Shown: positions 18,376 through 27,763, counted from the first letter of the stretch. The stretch: DNA of 64,000 nucleotides from an uncultured Acidobacteriota bacterium (GCA_963770995.1 CAVYRS010000001.1:502815-566814), one strand, 5' to 3'. Numbers and translations: made by a program. The notes: generated by a model from the sequence alone, not told the origin.

Positions 18376-19958
18376 GGCGAATCCTCATCGTCCTGCTTTT
18401 GCTCTGTCCGTTCGCTGTCTCGGCGCAGGTTCCGTATCCGCGTATCGCGGCAGGCGACCGCACGCCGGCCGACTGGCTCACCTATTCGGGCAACTACCAG
18501 GCGCATCGCTTCTCGTCGCTGACACAAATCAACCGCCAGAACGTCTCGCAATTGAGACCGGCGTGGATCTACCAGGTGCGCCGCACGGGGATCGTCGAGA
18601 CGAGCCCGATTGTGGTCGACGGCGTCATGTACATCACGGAACCGCCGAGCACGGTGACGGCGCTCGACGTGCGGACGGGCCGTCCGCTCTGGACCTACAC
18701 GCCCGAGATTCCGACCGACGTCATCGTGATCGGATCGCCGCCGGTCAACCGCGGCGTCGCCATCCTGGACGATTCCGTGTTCGTGGGAACGGTGCATGGA
18801 CATCTGATCGCTCTCGATACCAAGTCCGGAGCGGTGCGATGGGACACTCAGGTCGACGACAACAAGTTCGGCTACTACGTGACCTCGGCGCCGCTGGCGG
18901 TCGACGGGCGGATCCTCATCGGCGTATCCGGCGCTGAGGCCGGGATTCGCGGATTCCTCGACGCCTACGACCCGAAAACCGGGAAGCGGGTCTGGCGCAC
19001 GCATACGATTCCGGCCCCGGGTGAGCCGGGCTCCGAGACCTGGAGCGGCGACGCGTGGAAGACCGGGGGCGGTTCCATGTGGCTGACCGGTTCGTACGAT
19101 CCCGAGCTGAACTTGATCTATTGGGGAACCGGAAATCCTGGACCCGATTGGAACGGAGATGTGCGGCCGGGCGACAACCTGTTCACCTGCTCGCTGCTCG
19201 CCATCAACGCCACGGACGGAAAGATCAAGTGGCACTTCCAGTTCACGCCACATGACATCCACGACTGGGACTCGAATGAGATTCCGGTGCTGTTCGAGGC
19301 TCCTGTCGAAGGTCGGCCGCGCAAGCTGGTGGCGATGGCCAACCGAAACGCGTTCTATTACGTGCTCGATCGCGAGACAGGCGAATTCCTCTCAGCCTTG
19401 CCGTACGCGAAGCAGACGTGGGCCGAGCGAATCGATGCGAAAGGCCGACCCGTTCGCCGGCCCGGCACGGCGCCCTCGGTGGAAGGCACGCTCGTGTTCC
19501 CGAACATCGTTGGCGCGTCGAACTGGCCGAGCCCGTCCTACAGCCCACAGACGCGCTTGTTCTACCAGGCTGCGCGCGAAATGGGGACCTACTTCTACAA
19601 AGGCGAGTCGGTCTACAAGCCCGGCGAAGCGTTCGTCGCGGGGGGCGGCCGCGCCGTGAACGGCGACGATGCGTGGGGCGCCGTGCGGGCGCTGGAGTCG
19701 ACCACCGGCAAACTGAAATGGGAATTCAAGCTCGTGACGCCGCCGCTGGCCGGTGTGCTGTCCACGGCCGGCGGTCTGGTCTTCAGCGGCACTGACGAAG
19801 GCAACTTCTTCGCGCTCGACGCGGACACCGGCAAGCCGCTGTGGGACACGCAGCTCGGCGGCGCGGTCCGGGCCAATCCGATGTCGTTTTCCGTCGACGG
19901 CAAACAGTATGTTGCGATTGCCGCCGGCTATGCGCTGTTCGTGTTCGGACTGCCGTAA
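18372..19958 (+). CDS. PQQ-dependent alcohol dehydrogenase family quinoprotein (8-bladed propeller), possible lanthanide-type
   Basis: GTG 18372. Signal peptide VRRILIVLLLLCPFAVSAQ. Motifs: WLTYSGNYQAHRFS, ETSPIVVDGVMY, ALDVRTGRPLW, GGGSMWLTGSYDPELNLIYWGTGNPGPDWNGDVRPGDNLFTCS, FTPHDIHDWDSNE. The first 474 codons of track ORF 16950..19958 are a shadow frame. Confidence 0.9.
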   Translation: MRRILIVLLLLCPFAVSAQVPYPRIAAGDRTPADWLTYSGNYQAHRFSSLTQINRQNVSQLRPAWIYQVRRTGIVETSPIVVDGVMYITEPPSTVTALDVRTGRPLWTYTPEIPTDVIVIGSPPVNRGVAILDDSVFVGTVHGHLIALDTKSGAVRWDTQVDDNKFGYYVTSAPLAVDGRILIGVSGAEAGIRGFLDAYDPKTGKRVWRTHTIPAPGEPGSETWSGDAWKTGGGSMWLTGSYDPELNLIYWGTGNPGPDWNGDVRPGDNLFTCSLLAINATDGKIKWHFQFTPHDIHDWDSNEIPVLFEAPVEGRPRKLVAMANRNAFYYVLDRETGEFLSALPYAKQTWAERIDAKGRPVRRPGTAPSVEGTLVFPNIVGASNWPSPSYSPQTRLFYQAAREMGTYFYKGESVYKPGEAFVAGGGRAVNGDDAWGAVRALESTTGKLKWEFKLVTPPLAGVLSTAGGLVFSGTDEGNFFALDADTGKPLWDTQLGGAVRANPMSFSVDGKQYVAIAAGYALFVFGLP

Positions 19959-19970
19959 AATAAGGCTCTC

Positions 19971-20024
19971 GTAGCGCGGGCCTTTCAGGCCCGCGTCGGC
20001 GGCCCTGAGAGGGCCGCCCTACGA
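19971..20024. repeat. double GC-rich hairpin element flanked by GTAG...CTAC (palindrome family variant); possible terminator
   Basis: CGCGGGCC-TTTCA-GGCCCGCG (19975-19995) and GGCGGCCC-TGAGA-GGGCCGCC (19998-20018). Outer TCGTAG/CTACGA flanks. There is no T-run. Confidence 0.7.
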
Positions 20025-20039
20025 CTAAGGAGCGGGCCG

Positions 20040-20999
20040 ATGCATCATCGCTCTTTCCACCTCGCCTGGCTCGTCGCCGCCCTCGTCGCCATCGGCACGG
20101 CTACGCCGACGAGCCAATCGAAGAAACCGATCCCACGCACCACCGACGGCCGTCCGGATCTCCAGGGCACCTGGGACTTCGCGCAGCTGACCCCGTTGGA
20201 ACGGCCCTCCGAGTTCAAGGACAAGGATTCGATCACCGAAGAAGAGGCGGAAGAATTCGCGCAGCGGCGCATCGAGACCAGCAATAAGGATCGCCGCGAC
20301 GGTGGCGCCGCAGCCGACGTCGAACGCGCCTACAACGACTTCTGGTGGGACTTCGGGACACGCATCGCCAAGCAGCGATCGCTCGTCGTGGATCCCCCGG
20401 ACGGCCGCATCCCGCCGCTCACCGACGATGCGCGCGAGCGCAACGCGCAGCGCCGCGTGCTCTACGAGAACCCCGAAGAGCGGCCGCTGCCCGAACGCTG
20501 CATCCTCGGTTTCAACTCCGGACCGCCGATGGTGCCGAGCGCGTACAACAACAACATGCAGCTCGTCCAAACGCCGCGGCACGTGATGATTCTCAACGAG
20601 ATGATCCACAGCGCCCGCGTCGTGGACATGAGCGGCCGCCCGCACATGCCCAAGTCGATGCGCTTTCTGACCGGCGACTCGATCGGACGGTGGGAAGGCG
20701 ACACGCTGGTGGTAGACACGACGAACTTCTCGAAGGAGCGGGCCTTCCGCGGTGCGAGCGCCAACATGCACCTCGTTGAGAAGTTCACGCGCGTCGATCG
20801 CGACACGCTCCGTTACGAGTTCACCGTGGACGATCCGTCGGTCTGGACGAAGAGCTGGACGGTGTCGATGCCGATGGCGCTCTCGAACGAACTGATGTTC
20901 GAGTACGCCTGCCACGAAGGCAATTACGCACTCGAAGGGGTCCTGAAAGGCGCGCGGTATCAGGAGAAGCAGCCCAAGTCCCAGGAAAAAGAAAAATAG
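20040..20999 (+). CDS. exported hypothetical protein
   Basis: 319 aa. AAGGAG lies 8 nt upstream. Signal peptide LAWLVAALVAIGTATP. Good GC3. I recognise no family. Confidence 0.7.
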   Translation: MHHRSFHLAWLVAALVAIGTATPTSQSKKPIPRTTDGRPDLQGTWDFAQLTPLERPSEFKDKDSITEEEAEEFAQRRIETSNKDRRDGGAAADVERAYNDFWWDFGTRIAKQRSLVVDPPDGRIPPLTDDARERNAQRRVLYENPEERPLPERCILGFNSGPPMVPSAYNNNMQLVQTPRHVMILNEMIHSARVVDMSGRPHMPKSMRFLTGDSIGRWEGDTLVVDTTNFSKERAFRGASANMHLVEKFTRVDRDTLRYEFTVDDPSVWTKSWTVSMPMALSNELMFEYACHEGNYALEGVLKGARYQEKQPKSQEKEK

Positions 21000-21024
21000 C
21001 TCGTCGCATTGACGGGGCGTGAGT

Positions 21025-21189
21025 ATGGACGACCTCGAGGCGGGTGTCCGCGTCGGGTCGTATGAGGTCGGCGCCCCCCTCGGTCGTGGCGGCATGGGCG
21101 ACGTCTATCGAGCCCTCGACACACGGCTGAATCGACCGGTCGCGATCGAATACGAACCGGTCCGACTGCGCTCCCCTGGTTTAGAGTGA
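21025..21189 (+). pseudogene. 5' remnant of a Ser/Thr kinase gene (first ~40 codons of the kinase domain only)
   Basis: Translation by hand: MDDLEAGVRVGSYEVGAPLGRGGMGDVYRALDTRLNRPVAIEYEPVRLRSPGLE*. The Gly-loop is present and the VAIK lysine is replaced (VAIE). The rest of the kinase is missing. It ends 7 nt before sixA. Confidence 0.5.
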
Positions 21190-21195
21190 CTCCGG

Positions 21196-21684
21196 ATGAA
21201 GACTTTGCTCGTGCTGCGACACGCCAAGTCCAGCTGGAGCGAGCCGGGTCTCGACGACCACGAGCGCCCGCTGAACACCCGCGGCCGTCGCGACGCCCCG
21301 CGGATGGGTGGGCTGGTGCGCCGGCAGCGAATCACCCCTGACATCATCATCAGCTCCGATGCGGTCAGGGCCTGCCTGACGGCGGAGGCCGTGGCTAAAG
21401 CTGCCCGCTACAAGGGAGACATCGTGCTGGACCGGCGTCTCTATCTCGCCGGCCCGTCCGCCATCGTCGCGGTTCTCCAGGGGACGCGCGACGAGAACGA
21501 GACGGTGTTGATCGTCGGGCACAATCCCGGGTTCGAACAGCTGGTTGCGGAGTTGACGGGCGAGTCGGAGGACCTCCCGACAGCAGCGCTGGCGCAGATT
21601 GTCCTGCCGATCGACCGGTGGCGCGCTCTCAACGTCTCGACGCGCGGGACGCTCGCGGGCATCTGGCGCCCGAAAGAGCTGTAG
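21196..21684 (+). CDS. sixA: phosphohistidine phosphatase SixA (histidine phosphatase superfamily)
   Basis: MKTLLVLRHAKSSW...RPLNTRGRRDAP...VLIVGHNPGFEQLV. Confidence 0.9.
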   Translation: MKTLLVLRHAKSSWSEPGLDDHERPLNTRGRRDAPRMGGLVRRQRITPDIIISSDAVRACLTAEAVAKAARYKGDIVLDRRLYLAGPSAIVAVLQGTRDENETVLIVGHNPGFEQLVAELTGESEDLPTAALAQIVLPIDRWRALNVSTRGTLAGIWRPKEL

Positions 21685-21699
21685 TGCCTCCGACACTAG

Positions 21700-21891
21700 G
21701 AGCAGATCGACCAGTACCTGGCGACCGGCGTCCGGCAGTTAAGGTTCGTGGAACCGTCCAAGCGGTGCGTCACTGTCTACCGGCCAAACGCAGCGCCACA
21801 GCTCCTCGTCGAAACTGACACGCTGGACGGCGGCGACGTTCTGCCCGGGTTCCACTATCCGCTCGCGCGCCTGTTTACGTTCGACACCTAG
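21700..21891 (+). pseudogene. 3' remnant of a Uma2-family (DUF820) endonuclease gene
   Basis: A 63-codon open frame with no start: EQIDQYLATGVRQLRFVEPSKRCVTVYRPNAAPQLLVETDTLDGGDVLPGFHYPLARLFTFDT*. It matches the usual Uma2 C-terminus pattern (..VYR.....L...D.L....LPGF...L..LF). The N-terminal two thirds are absent. Confidence 0.45.
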
Positions 21892-21903
21892 GGCGTCGAG
21901 GCA

Positions 21904-23595
21904 TCACCAGTCGCGGGCGAGGTTGGGATCGTGCGCGTCGATGAATCGCGAGTCCCATCTCACGTACAGCCCTGGGCGAACGCGCGCGTAGCCGTACGAT
22001 TCGACCTCCGGCTCGTCGAGCCCAATGAGCACGACGTCGGGCCGGAGCGTCCCGATCGAGTATCCGTAGTCGACCTTGTTGTGCCCGGGGCGAAACGCGC
22101 GTGTCGGCGTGATGCGGGCAATGTGTTTGTCCGTCTTGCCGAACAGATCGATCGCGGGGAGGCCGCTGTAGTACGCGGGCCCTCCCAGCCAGCCGGCGGC
22201 CAGCACCGCGCTGGCTGGAACGCGATCCCGCAGTGCCAGGCCGAAGTGCGCCACGCCCCGATCGTTCGGCACGTAATGCCCATTGTCGGCGGCCCATCGG
22301 ATCCACGCATGCGCGGAGGGGATGAGCACCGTCGCCGCCAGCGCGCCCGCCGCGCAGAGCTCCCGCCGCCGCGACCGCGACCCACCTCCGGCAGCGACCC
22401 CTGTCAGGGCGATGGCGGCGCCGACGATCCAGCCCGCGAGCATCGTGCGCTTCGACGGAGGATCGAGGGCGGGGAAGATCCAGAGCGTCTGGAGAAACGC
22501 GACATTGAGCAGCATGAACGTCATCGCCGTTCGCGGGCGATTGAAAAACTGCAGGCAACTCGGCGCCGCAGCGATCACTCCGGTCATCAGCACGGGCACG
22601 ACCAATGACGTAAACCGGTTCGAGTGATCGAACACCCACGCGTCGCCGCCAACCCAGACCAGATACATCGACTGGACGGCCACGAGCGCCAGGCCAATCG
22701 CGATCAGCTTCCGCACCGGCCGCGGCGTTTCGGCGGACAACGCGCCGCCGCCGGCTATCGCTGTGAGCCAGACCAGCGGCGGCAGGGTCTCCACGAACGC
22801 ATCAAGGCCCCTCGCCAGCCGCTCGCCGACTCCGACGCCGGTCAGCTTCAGCACGTACGTGTTCGGCACGAGCTCACCGTAGTAGGCGTAGCGGAACGCG
22901 AACTGCGCCAGGATGCACAGCGCCAGCGGCGCGGCCGCGGCGAGCGCGTGCTGCCGAATCCCGCGATGCTGAATCACGGACGCCCCCACGAGCGCGAACA
23001 GGATGATGGAGTCGTTGCGGGTCAGGAACGCGACGCCGGCAATTGTCGACAGCATCACCAGCTCGCGCCGAGCGCGCGTTGAGTCCTCCGGGGCCGGCCG
23101 AAGCGCGATCGCGACAGCCCATAACAGGAGGCAGGCGACCAGACCGACCTCCATCCCCCGCAGCGTCCAGAACACGAGCGGGTAGTACGTGAGCACGATC
23201 GCGACGCCAGCGATTTGAATCGCCGCGGGCGATCCAAGCCCGCGCAGGATACTGTGCACGGCGAGCCCGCACGCGAGCAGCGTCGCCGCGCCGATCGCGC
23301 TCACGACGATTGGCGCGATGGTCTTCGGGAACACGAGCAGCACCGCGCTCATGACGAGCGTCCAGGCGAGGTTCGTGTACCCCTCAATCGGCGGATTCTC
23401 GCCGGGATTCCACACGAGCCCGTACCCGCTCGCCAGGTTGTGCGCGTACCGGAGCGAAATCAGCGCATCGTCGAACAGCGTCCCGACCAGTTGGCCCTTG
23501 TAGGTGAAGACGGTGCGCGCGATGAAGGCGGCATACAACCCGGCGATGCCGACAAGGACAAGAACCCATGGAATCGTGCGCCGGTCAGAGGCCAC
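21904..23595 (-). CDS. polytopic membrane protein, GT-C-type glycosyltransferase-like
   Basis: 563 aa, GTG start, about 12 hydrophobic segments. N-terminal [39 protein letters not shown] loop and a C-terminal soluble part. The family call is tentative. Confidence 0.65.
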   Translation of the reverse strand: MASDRRTIPWVLVLVGIAGLYAAFIARTVFTYKGQLVGTLFDDALISLRYAHNLASGYGLVWNPGENPPIEGYTNLAWTLVMSAVLLVFPKTIAPIVVSAIGAATLLACGLAVHSILRGLGSPAAIQIAGVAIVLTYYPLVFWTLRGMEVGLVACLLLWAVAIALRPAPEDSTRARRELVMLSTIAGVAFLTRNDSIILFALVGASVIQHRGIRQHALAAAAPLALCILAQFAFRYAYYGELVPNTYVLKLTGVGVGERLARGLDAFVETLPPLVWLTAIAGGGALSAETPRPVRKLIAIGLALVAVQSMYLVWVGGDAWVFDHSNRFTSLVVPVLMTGVIAAAPSCLQFFNRPRTAMTFMLLNVAFLQTLWIFPALDPPSKRTMLAGWIVGAAIALTGVAAGGGSRSRRRELCAAGALAATVLIPSAHAWIRWAADNGHYVPNDRGVAHFGLALRDRVPASAVLAAGWLGGPAYYSGLPAIDLFGKTDKHIARITPTRAFRPGHNKVDYGYSIGTLRPDVVLIGLDEPEVESYGYARVRPGLYVRWDSRFIDAHDPNLARDW

Positions 23596-23645
23596 GGTCG
23601 CAACAATGATAGGGCGTATAGTCCCGTTTCGAAAGGCAGGGTTCC

Positions 23646-24215
23646 ATGAAGCGTGCCGCCTGCTTCGCGCAGGTCATCCTCGCTCTGGCCACCGCAGTCC
23701 CCCGCGCCGCCGGACCTGCCCTGAGCGCAGTCGAAGGACCGACGTTCACGCCCGGTGAAGTCGCGCCGATGTCGCTCGTCTCGTACGAGGATGTGCGGCC
23801 GTGGGCGAAGTCGATCCGCCTCAAGGTCGCCAACCGGGAGATGCCGCCGTGGGGCGCGGATCCGCGATTCGGCACCTTCAAGGACGACCGGAGCCTCACC
23901 GCGGAACAGATCGACACGATCGCGAAGTGGGTCGATGGCGGCGCACCGAAAGGCAGCGACGCGGACCTTCCGCCGGTGCCGACATTCGCCACCGGCTGGT
24001 CGCGCGGCGAGCCGGATGTCGTGATCGAGATGCCGATCGACTTCGACATTCCAGCCGAGGGCCTCGTCCCGGTGATCGACTTCTTCGCGAAGTCGCCGTT
24101 CACCGAGGACGTCTACGTGAAGGCGCTCGAAGTGCGGCCCGGAACGCCCGGCGTCGTGCATCACGCGGGCCTGTATGTCATCGAGCGGCTGCCCGACGGC
24201 GCGCAATTGGTGTAA
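23646..24215 (+). pseudogene. truncated paralogue of the haem-c/PHM-like family (lacks CxxCH and everything after the HH motif)
   Basis: 189 aa, colinear with residues ~55-215 of the 25808..27256 protein (SYEDVRPWAK, EMPPWGADP, DRSLTAEQIDTIAKWVDGGAPKG, VVHHAGLY). Where the paralogue has NNCATCHRAGEVAPM this copy reads GPTFTPGEVAPM. It stops at TAA, directly abutting a hairpin element. Confidence 0.5.
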
Positions 24216-24283
24216 GAACTTAGAAGGGCTGCGACGCCGGCCTCGTTGTCCGTCTAACTTCTGAATTCTAACTTCTAACTTCC
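24214..24283. repeat. heptamer-array hairpin element (TAACTTC / GAAGTTA class) between convergent genes
   Basis: The right arm is TAACTTC-TGAATTC-TAACTTC-TAACTTC (24255-24282). The left arm AAGAACTTAGAAGG is shorter. The loop is GC-rich. Confidence 0.7.
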
Positions 24284-25620
24284 TACAGGAAGATCGCGCC
24301 GGCGACGACTCCCACGATCATCACGGCGACGGATAACAGCGCGACCATCCGGAATCGCTGTAGCGATCCGCCGAGCAGCATCATGCACGGCAGGCTGACC
24401 GCCGGCAGCACGACCAGCAGCGCCGCGGCCGGACCGTTGATGCCAGCCTGAATCAGCTCCAACGCCATCGGGATCTCAGACCAGGTGGAGATCATGAACA
24501 ACGTGCCGGCGATGGCCGACACCAGCACGCTGGGCAGGTTGTTGCCGAATGCCGATGGCAGCGTCTGAAACACCGCGGACGCAAGCACGCTCCACACCCA
24601 CAACGTCGGCACCAGGACCAGAGCGATGCGGCCGCTCGCGTACAGCCAGGATCCAATCAGCTGCGACGCCGTCTCGACCTTGCGGCCCGCCACGATCCGG
24701 TCAAAGTCCAGCAGCCCCAGGTAGAAGCGGCTGAAGGTCCGCCTAATGGTGGACCCCACGTACGGAGCTCGATTCACCTCGTACGTGGAGTCCGCAGCCT
24801 CCATAGCGTACGTGGGGTCCGGCTTTAGCCGGACCTTCACCCCCGCGTCCCATCGGTCGGCCACTCGAGAAATGAGATACGTGACCAGCACCGTGACGAC
24901 CACGCCGGCGACGACGCGCGTCACCGCGAACGGCACCGGCAGGAGCGCGAACGCCAGGACCAGCGTCGTGACGTTCAGCATGGGGGCGCCGACGACGAAC
25001 GAGAGCAGGAAGTTCGTGGAGGCACCGCGGCGGGCGAACGAGGGCGCCATCACCGACGAGCAGCAGGAGCAGAACGGCTGCGGCAGCGCAAACAGCGCGC
25101 CGAACAGCGAACCGGTGAAGCCGTCGCGGACGAAGTACGGCTTGAAGTACACGGGCAGGATTGTCAGCGCCAGCCCGGAAATCAGAATACCCAGCATCGT
25201 CGCGTGCCAGACGTTGAACAGGTAGCTGGTCGCCTGCGCGAACGGCCGCCACCATGCGGTCACGCCGAACGCGTGCAACCAGTCCATGTTGATGCGGCCG
25301 GACGCCATCGAGCGCGCCGCCGGCACGCCGCGATACGCGAACAGATCGATCACCAGCAGCGCCAGGATCGCAAACGTCAGCGGCTTGAGGTATCGCGCCG
25401 TGGGGGCGTCCTGCGCCTCGCGCATCCGCAGGCCGCGAAAGGACACGAGCATGCCGACGACGCCCGCCGCGAACAGTGGCACCTGCCACGGGTTGAACAC
25501 GTAGAACAGCGTGCGGACGGGATATGCGGCGAAGAGGAACCCGCGACGAAAATCGACGAGCGCCAGCAGGGCAACGCCCAGGCACACGACGAAGGCCATC
25601 GCCAACCGGCGGGCTGTCAC
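24283..25620 (-). CDS. permease of the UPF0718/DUF318 (ArsP-like) family, carrying an in-frame palindromic-element insertion
   Basis: 445 aa, polytopic. Signature: ALPQPFCSCCSSVMAPSFARRGAS. The central loop contains VRLKPDPTYAMEAADSTYEV, encoded by the repeat at 24782-24840. Confidence 0.85.
   Translation of the reverse strand: MTARRLAMAFVVCLGVALLALVDFRRGFLFAAYPVRTLFYVFNPWQVPLFAAGVVGMLVSFRGLRMREAQDAPTARYLKPLTFAILALLVIDLFAYRGVPAARSMASGRINMDWLHAFGVTAWWRPFAQATSYLFNVWHATMLGILISGLALTILPVYFKPYFVRDGFTGSLFGALFALPQPFCSCCSSVMAPSFARRGASTNFLLSFVVGAPMLNVTTLVLAFALLPVPFAVTRVVAGVVVTVLVTYLISRVADRWDAGVKVRLKPDPTYAMEAADSTYEVNRAPYVGSTIRRTFSRFYLGLLDFDRIVAGRKVETASQLIGSWLYASGRIALVLVPTLWVWSVLASAVFQTLPSAFGNNLPSVLVSAIAGTLFMISTWSEIPMALELIQAGINGPAAALLVVLPAVSLPCMMLLGGSLQRFRMVALLSVAVMIVGVVAGAIFL
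24782..24840. repeat. palindromic element (one intact copy plus one degenerate copy) in frame inside the permease ORF
   Basis: ACGTGGGGTCCGGCTTTAGCCGGACCTTCAC (24810-24840), preceded by the degenerate TACGTGGAGTCCGCAGCCTCCATAGCGT. Confidence 0.85.
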
Positions 25621-25807
25621 CGGCTCTGCCCCGCTCTGTACCTCGTGACTCGCTGCGCGCGTTCCAGCGTGTCTCGTTGACCGGCGGCGACGTAGGGAAG
25701 ATCGTCGAAGGTGAACGCCATCGTGCGCGCGACCGGCTGGCCGGGCGTGAGCGCGGCCCAGCCGATCGTGATGGCGAATGCGAAGAGCGACCGGATAAGC
25801 AGAGCCG

Positions 25808-27256
25808 CTACTGTTTTTGCGACGGCTTGGTGACCGTCAACTCGGTGACCACCTGGCTGTCCACGGAGTACTCGGTGAAGGGCTGGTACATCTCGTCCCA
25901 GCTCTGCTCCGACCAGAACACTTCGAGATTCGGCGACGGGTTCCAGCGGTTCTTCGGCGAGTTGTCGTAGGCGCCGATGCCGAGAATCTTGCTGCCGGCC
26001 GGAATCTTCAGCGGCTCGGCGAGCTCGTACTGAATCTGCCAGTTGAAGTCGAACTTCGGCACGTCGAGAATCGTCTGCTCGCGGCCGTCGGGATAGACGA
26101 TCACCCACTTCAGGCTCTTGCCGCGCACATGCATGTGCGGGGACATCGCGTAGAGCGTGATGTCTTCCGTCACCGGCGTGATGCCCGTGAGCTTCCAGTT
26201 CTCGGCGTACGCCGGAATGTTGGGCGTCTTGCTGCGCCGGCGCGTGCTGCCCTCTTCGGCGGTGTACTCGACTTCCTTCCCTTCGGCGCGATACAGCGAG
26301 AGGCCGCCCTTGGTCGTCGCCAGCGGATCGCCGGCCTGGCGAATCAGCACTTCGTGCGTCACCGGCACCTTGTTGAACCAGATCCCCAGGCGCGTGCGGT
26401 CGGTGGCTTCCTTGCCGATCGGGTTGTAGTGCACCTGCCAGTTGATGTACTTGCCGGCGGGAATGCGCTTGCCGATGTCCGCGCGATGGGCATCCACGCC
26501 ACGGCCCGGAACCCAGGACAACAGCTTGTTCGCGCCCGGCAACGCCGTCGTGTCAGCACGGCCCGCGAGGCCTTCGCCGCGATCGGTCGCCGGCTTGCCG
26601 TCGGGTGCGATCAACCTGCCCTGCGCGTCGATGGTCGCCCCTTCAGGAATGTCCACGACGAAGACGCCCGCGTGATGGACGAGCGATCGGTTGCCGGGCC
26701 GGATTTCCAGCACCTCCGCGAAGCGATCCTCCTTGAACGGCACCTTCGAGTAGAACATCTGCACGCCGAGCTCGCCCTCGGCCGGAATCGTGAACTCGAT
26801 CGGCATCTCGAGGATGTAGTCCGGCTCGCGGCCGTAGGTCCAGCCGTCCGCGAACTTCGGCAGCGCCGGCAGATCCGCGTCGTTGCCTTTCGGCGCCCCG
26901 CCGTCCACCCACGCGACGATCGTGTCGATCTGCTGCTTGGAGAGGCTGCGGTCGTTCCGCATCTTCAGCGAGTGGTCGGGGTCGGCGCCCCACGGCGGCA
27001 TCTCGCGCGCCTGAACCTTCGTCTTGATCACCTTCGCCCACGGCCGGACATCCTCGTACGAGAGGAAGGTCATCGGCGCCACTTCGCCGGCGCGGTGACA
27101 GGTCGCGCAGTTGTTGAAGATGATCGGCGCGACGTCTTTGGTGAACGTCGGCACGGCCGCGGGTGCCCCTTCGCTCAGGGCGGGCAGGCCAGCCGCGTGC
27201 ATCGTCGTCGCCGCGACTGCGAGGGTTCCAAGGAGCACTACAGCGGCACGCTTCAT
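25808..27256 (-). CDS. exported c-type haem motif + PHM/DBH-like copper monooxygenase-fold protein (uncharacterised family)
   Basis: 482 aa with a signal peptide. CxxCH: NNCATCHRAGE. The ligand-like motifs then occur in PHM order: LVHHAG ... WQVHYNP ... SPHMHVRG ... FDFNWQ ... SWDEMY. Confidence 0.75.
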   Translation of the reverse strand: MKRAAVVLLGTLAVAATTMHAAGLPALSEGAPAAVPTFTKDVAPIIFNNCATCHRAGEVAPMTFLSYEDVRPWAKVIKTKVQAREMPPWGADPDHSLKMRNDRSLSKQQIDTIVAWVDGGAPKGNDADLPALPKFADGWTYGREPDYILEMPIEFTIPAEGELGVQMFYSKVPFKEDRFAEVLEIRPGNRSLVHHAGVFVVDIPEGATIDAQGRLIAPDGKPATDRGEGLAGRADTTALPGANKLLSWVPGRGVDAHRADIGKRIPAGKYINWQVHYNPIGKEATDRTRLGIWFNKVPVTHEVLIRQAGDPLATTKGGLSLYRAEGKEVEYTAEEGSTRRRSKTPNIPAYAENWKLTGITPVTEDITLYAMSPHMHVRGKSLKWVIVYPDGREQTILDVPKFDFNWQIQYELAEPLKIPAGSKILGIGAYDNSPKNRWNPSPNLEVFWSEQSWDEMYQPFTEYSVDSQVVTELTVTKPSQKQ

Positions 27257-27291
27257 GACCCCTCCAAGGTGAAGATCCGGCGTAGTTTAGC

Positions 27292-27660
27292 CTATTTACT
27301 GGCTCCCGGAGCGCACGACGTCGTCGCGGTCGTGACCGAGGTCACGTTGACACGGCTCACCGGCGTTGCCTTGATGAAGAGGCCTTTAATCACGACGGTG
27401 TGGTCCTTGTGGGCGGGCATGTTGAACTCGAAGACGCCGATGAGCCGAAACTCGTTCTTCCCTGCCGGCGGCGTCGTAGGGACATCCTTCGGCGCCGGCG
27501 TGTTCGCGCTGCTCGGCACCGGGTCGGTGGCGCTGACGAGGGTCCACGTGTTCGGCGCGGACTCGCGGAGGCAGCCGGTGACGCTCACGATCTCGACCTT
27601 CGGCGCCGGCGCGGCCTGAGCCGCCAGCGCAGCAGCCGCCAGCACAGCTATCGCGGTCAT
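27292..27660 (-). CDS. small exported hypothetical protein
   Basis: ATG at 27660 (MTAIAVLAAAALAAQAAPAP...). It ends 35 nt upstream of the haem-c/PHM-like gene. The upstream part of the track ORF runs through a repeat. Confidence 0.6.
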   Translation of the reverse strand: MTAIAVLAAAALAAQAAPAPKVEIVSVTGCLRESAPNTWTLVSATDPVPSSANTPAPKDVPTTPPAGKNEFRLIGVFEFNMPAHKDHTVVIKGLFIKATPVSRVNVTSVTTATTSCAPGASK

Positions 27661-27692
27661 GGCGCGTATGATACCGCCAGTGACATACGGAT

Positions 27693-27756
27693 CAACGCAG
27701 AACACGCGGAACACGCAGAGCCGTTTTTCTCTGCGCGTTCTGCGAATTCTGCGTGC
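27693..27756. repeat. nonamer-array hairpin element (ACGCAGAAC class) in a divergent 5' region
   Basis: ACGCAGAAC-ACGCGGAAC-ACGCAGAG, loop CCGTTTTT, then CTCTGCGCG-TTCTGCGAA-TTCTGCGTG. Confidence 0.85.
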
Positions 27757-27763
27757 TACGTTC

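Noticed and set aside
16950-19958. 1002-aa track ORF suggesting a very large PQQ protein
   Set aside because: The first 474 codons run out of frame across the methyltransferase and cytochrome c genes and are Arg/Gly/Asp-rich with no motifs. The real start is GTG 18372, which has a signal peptide and a GTGA overlap.
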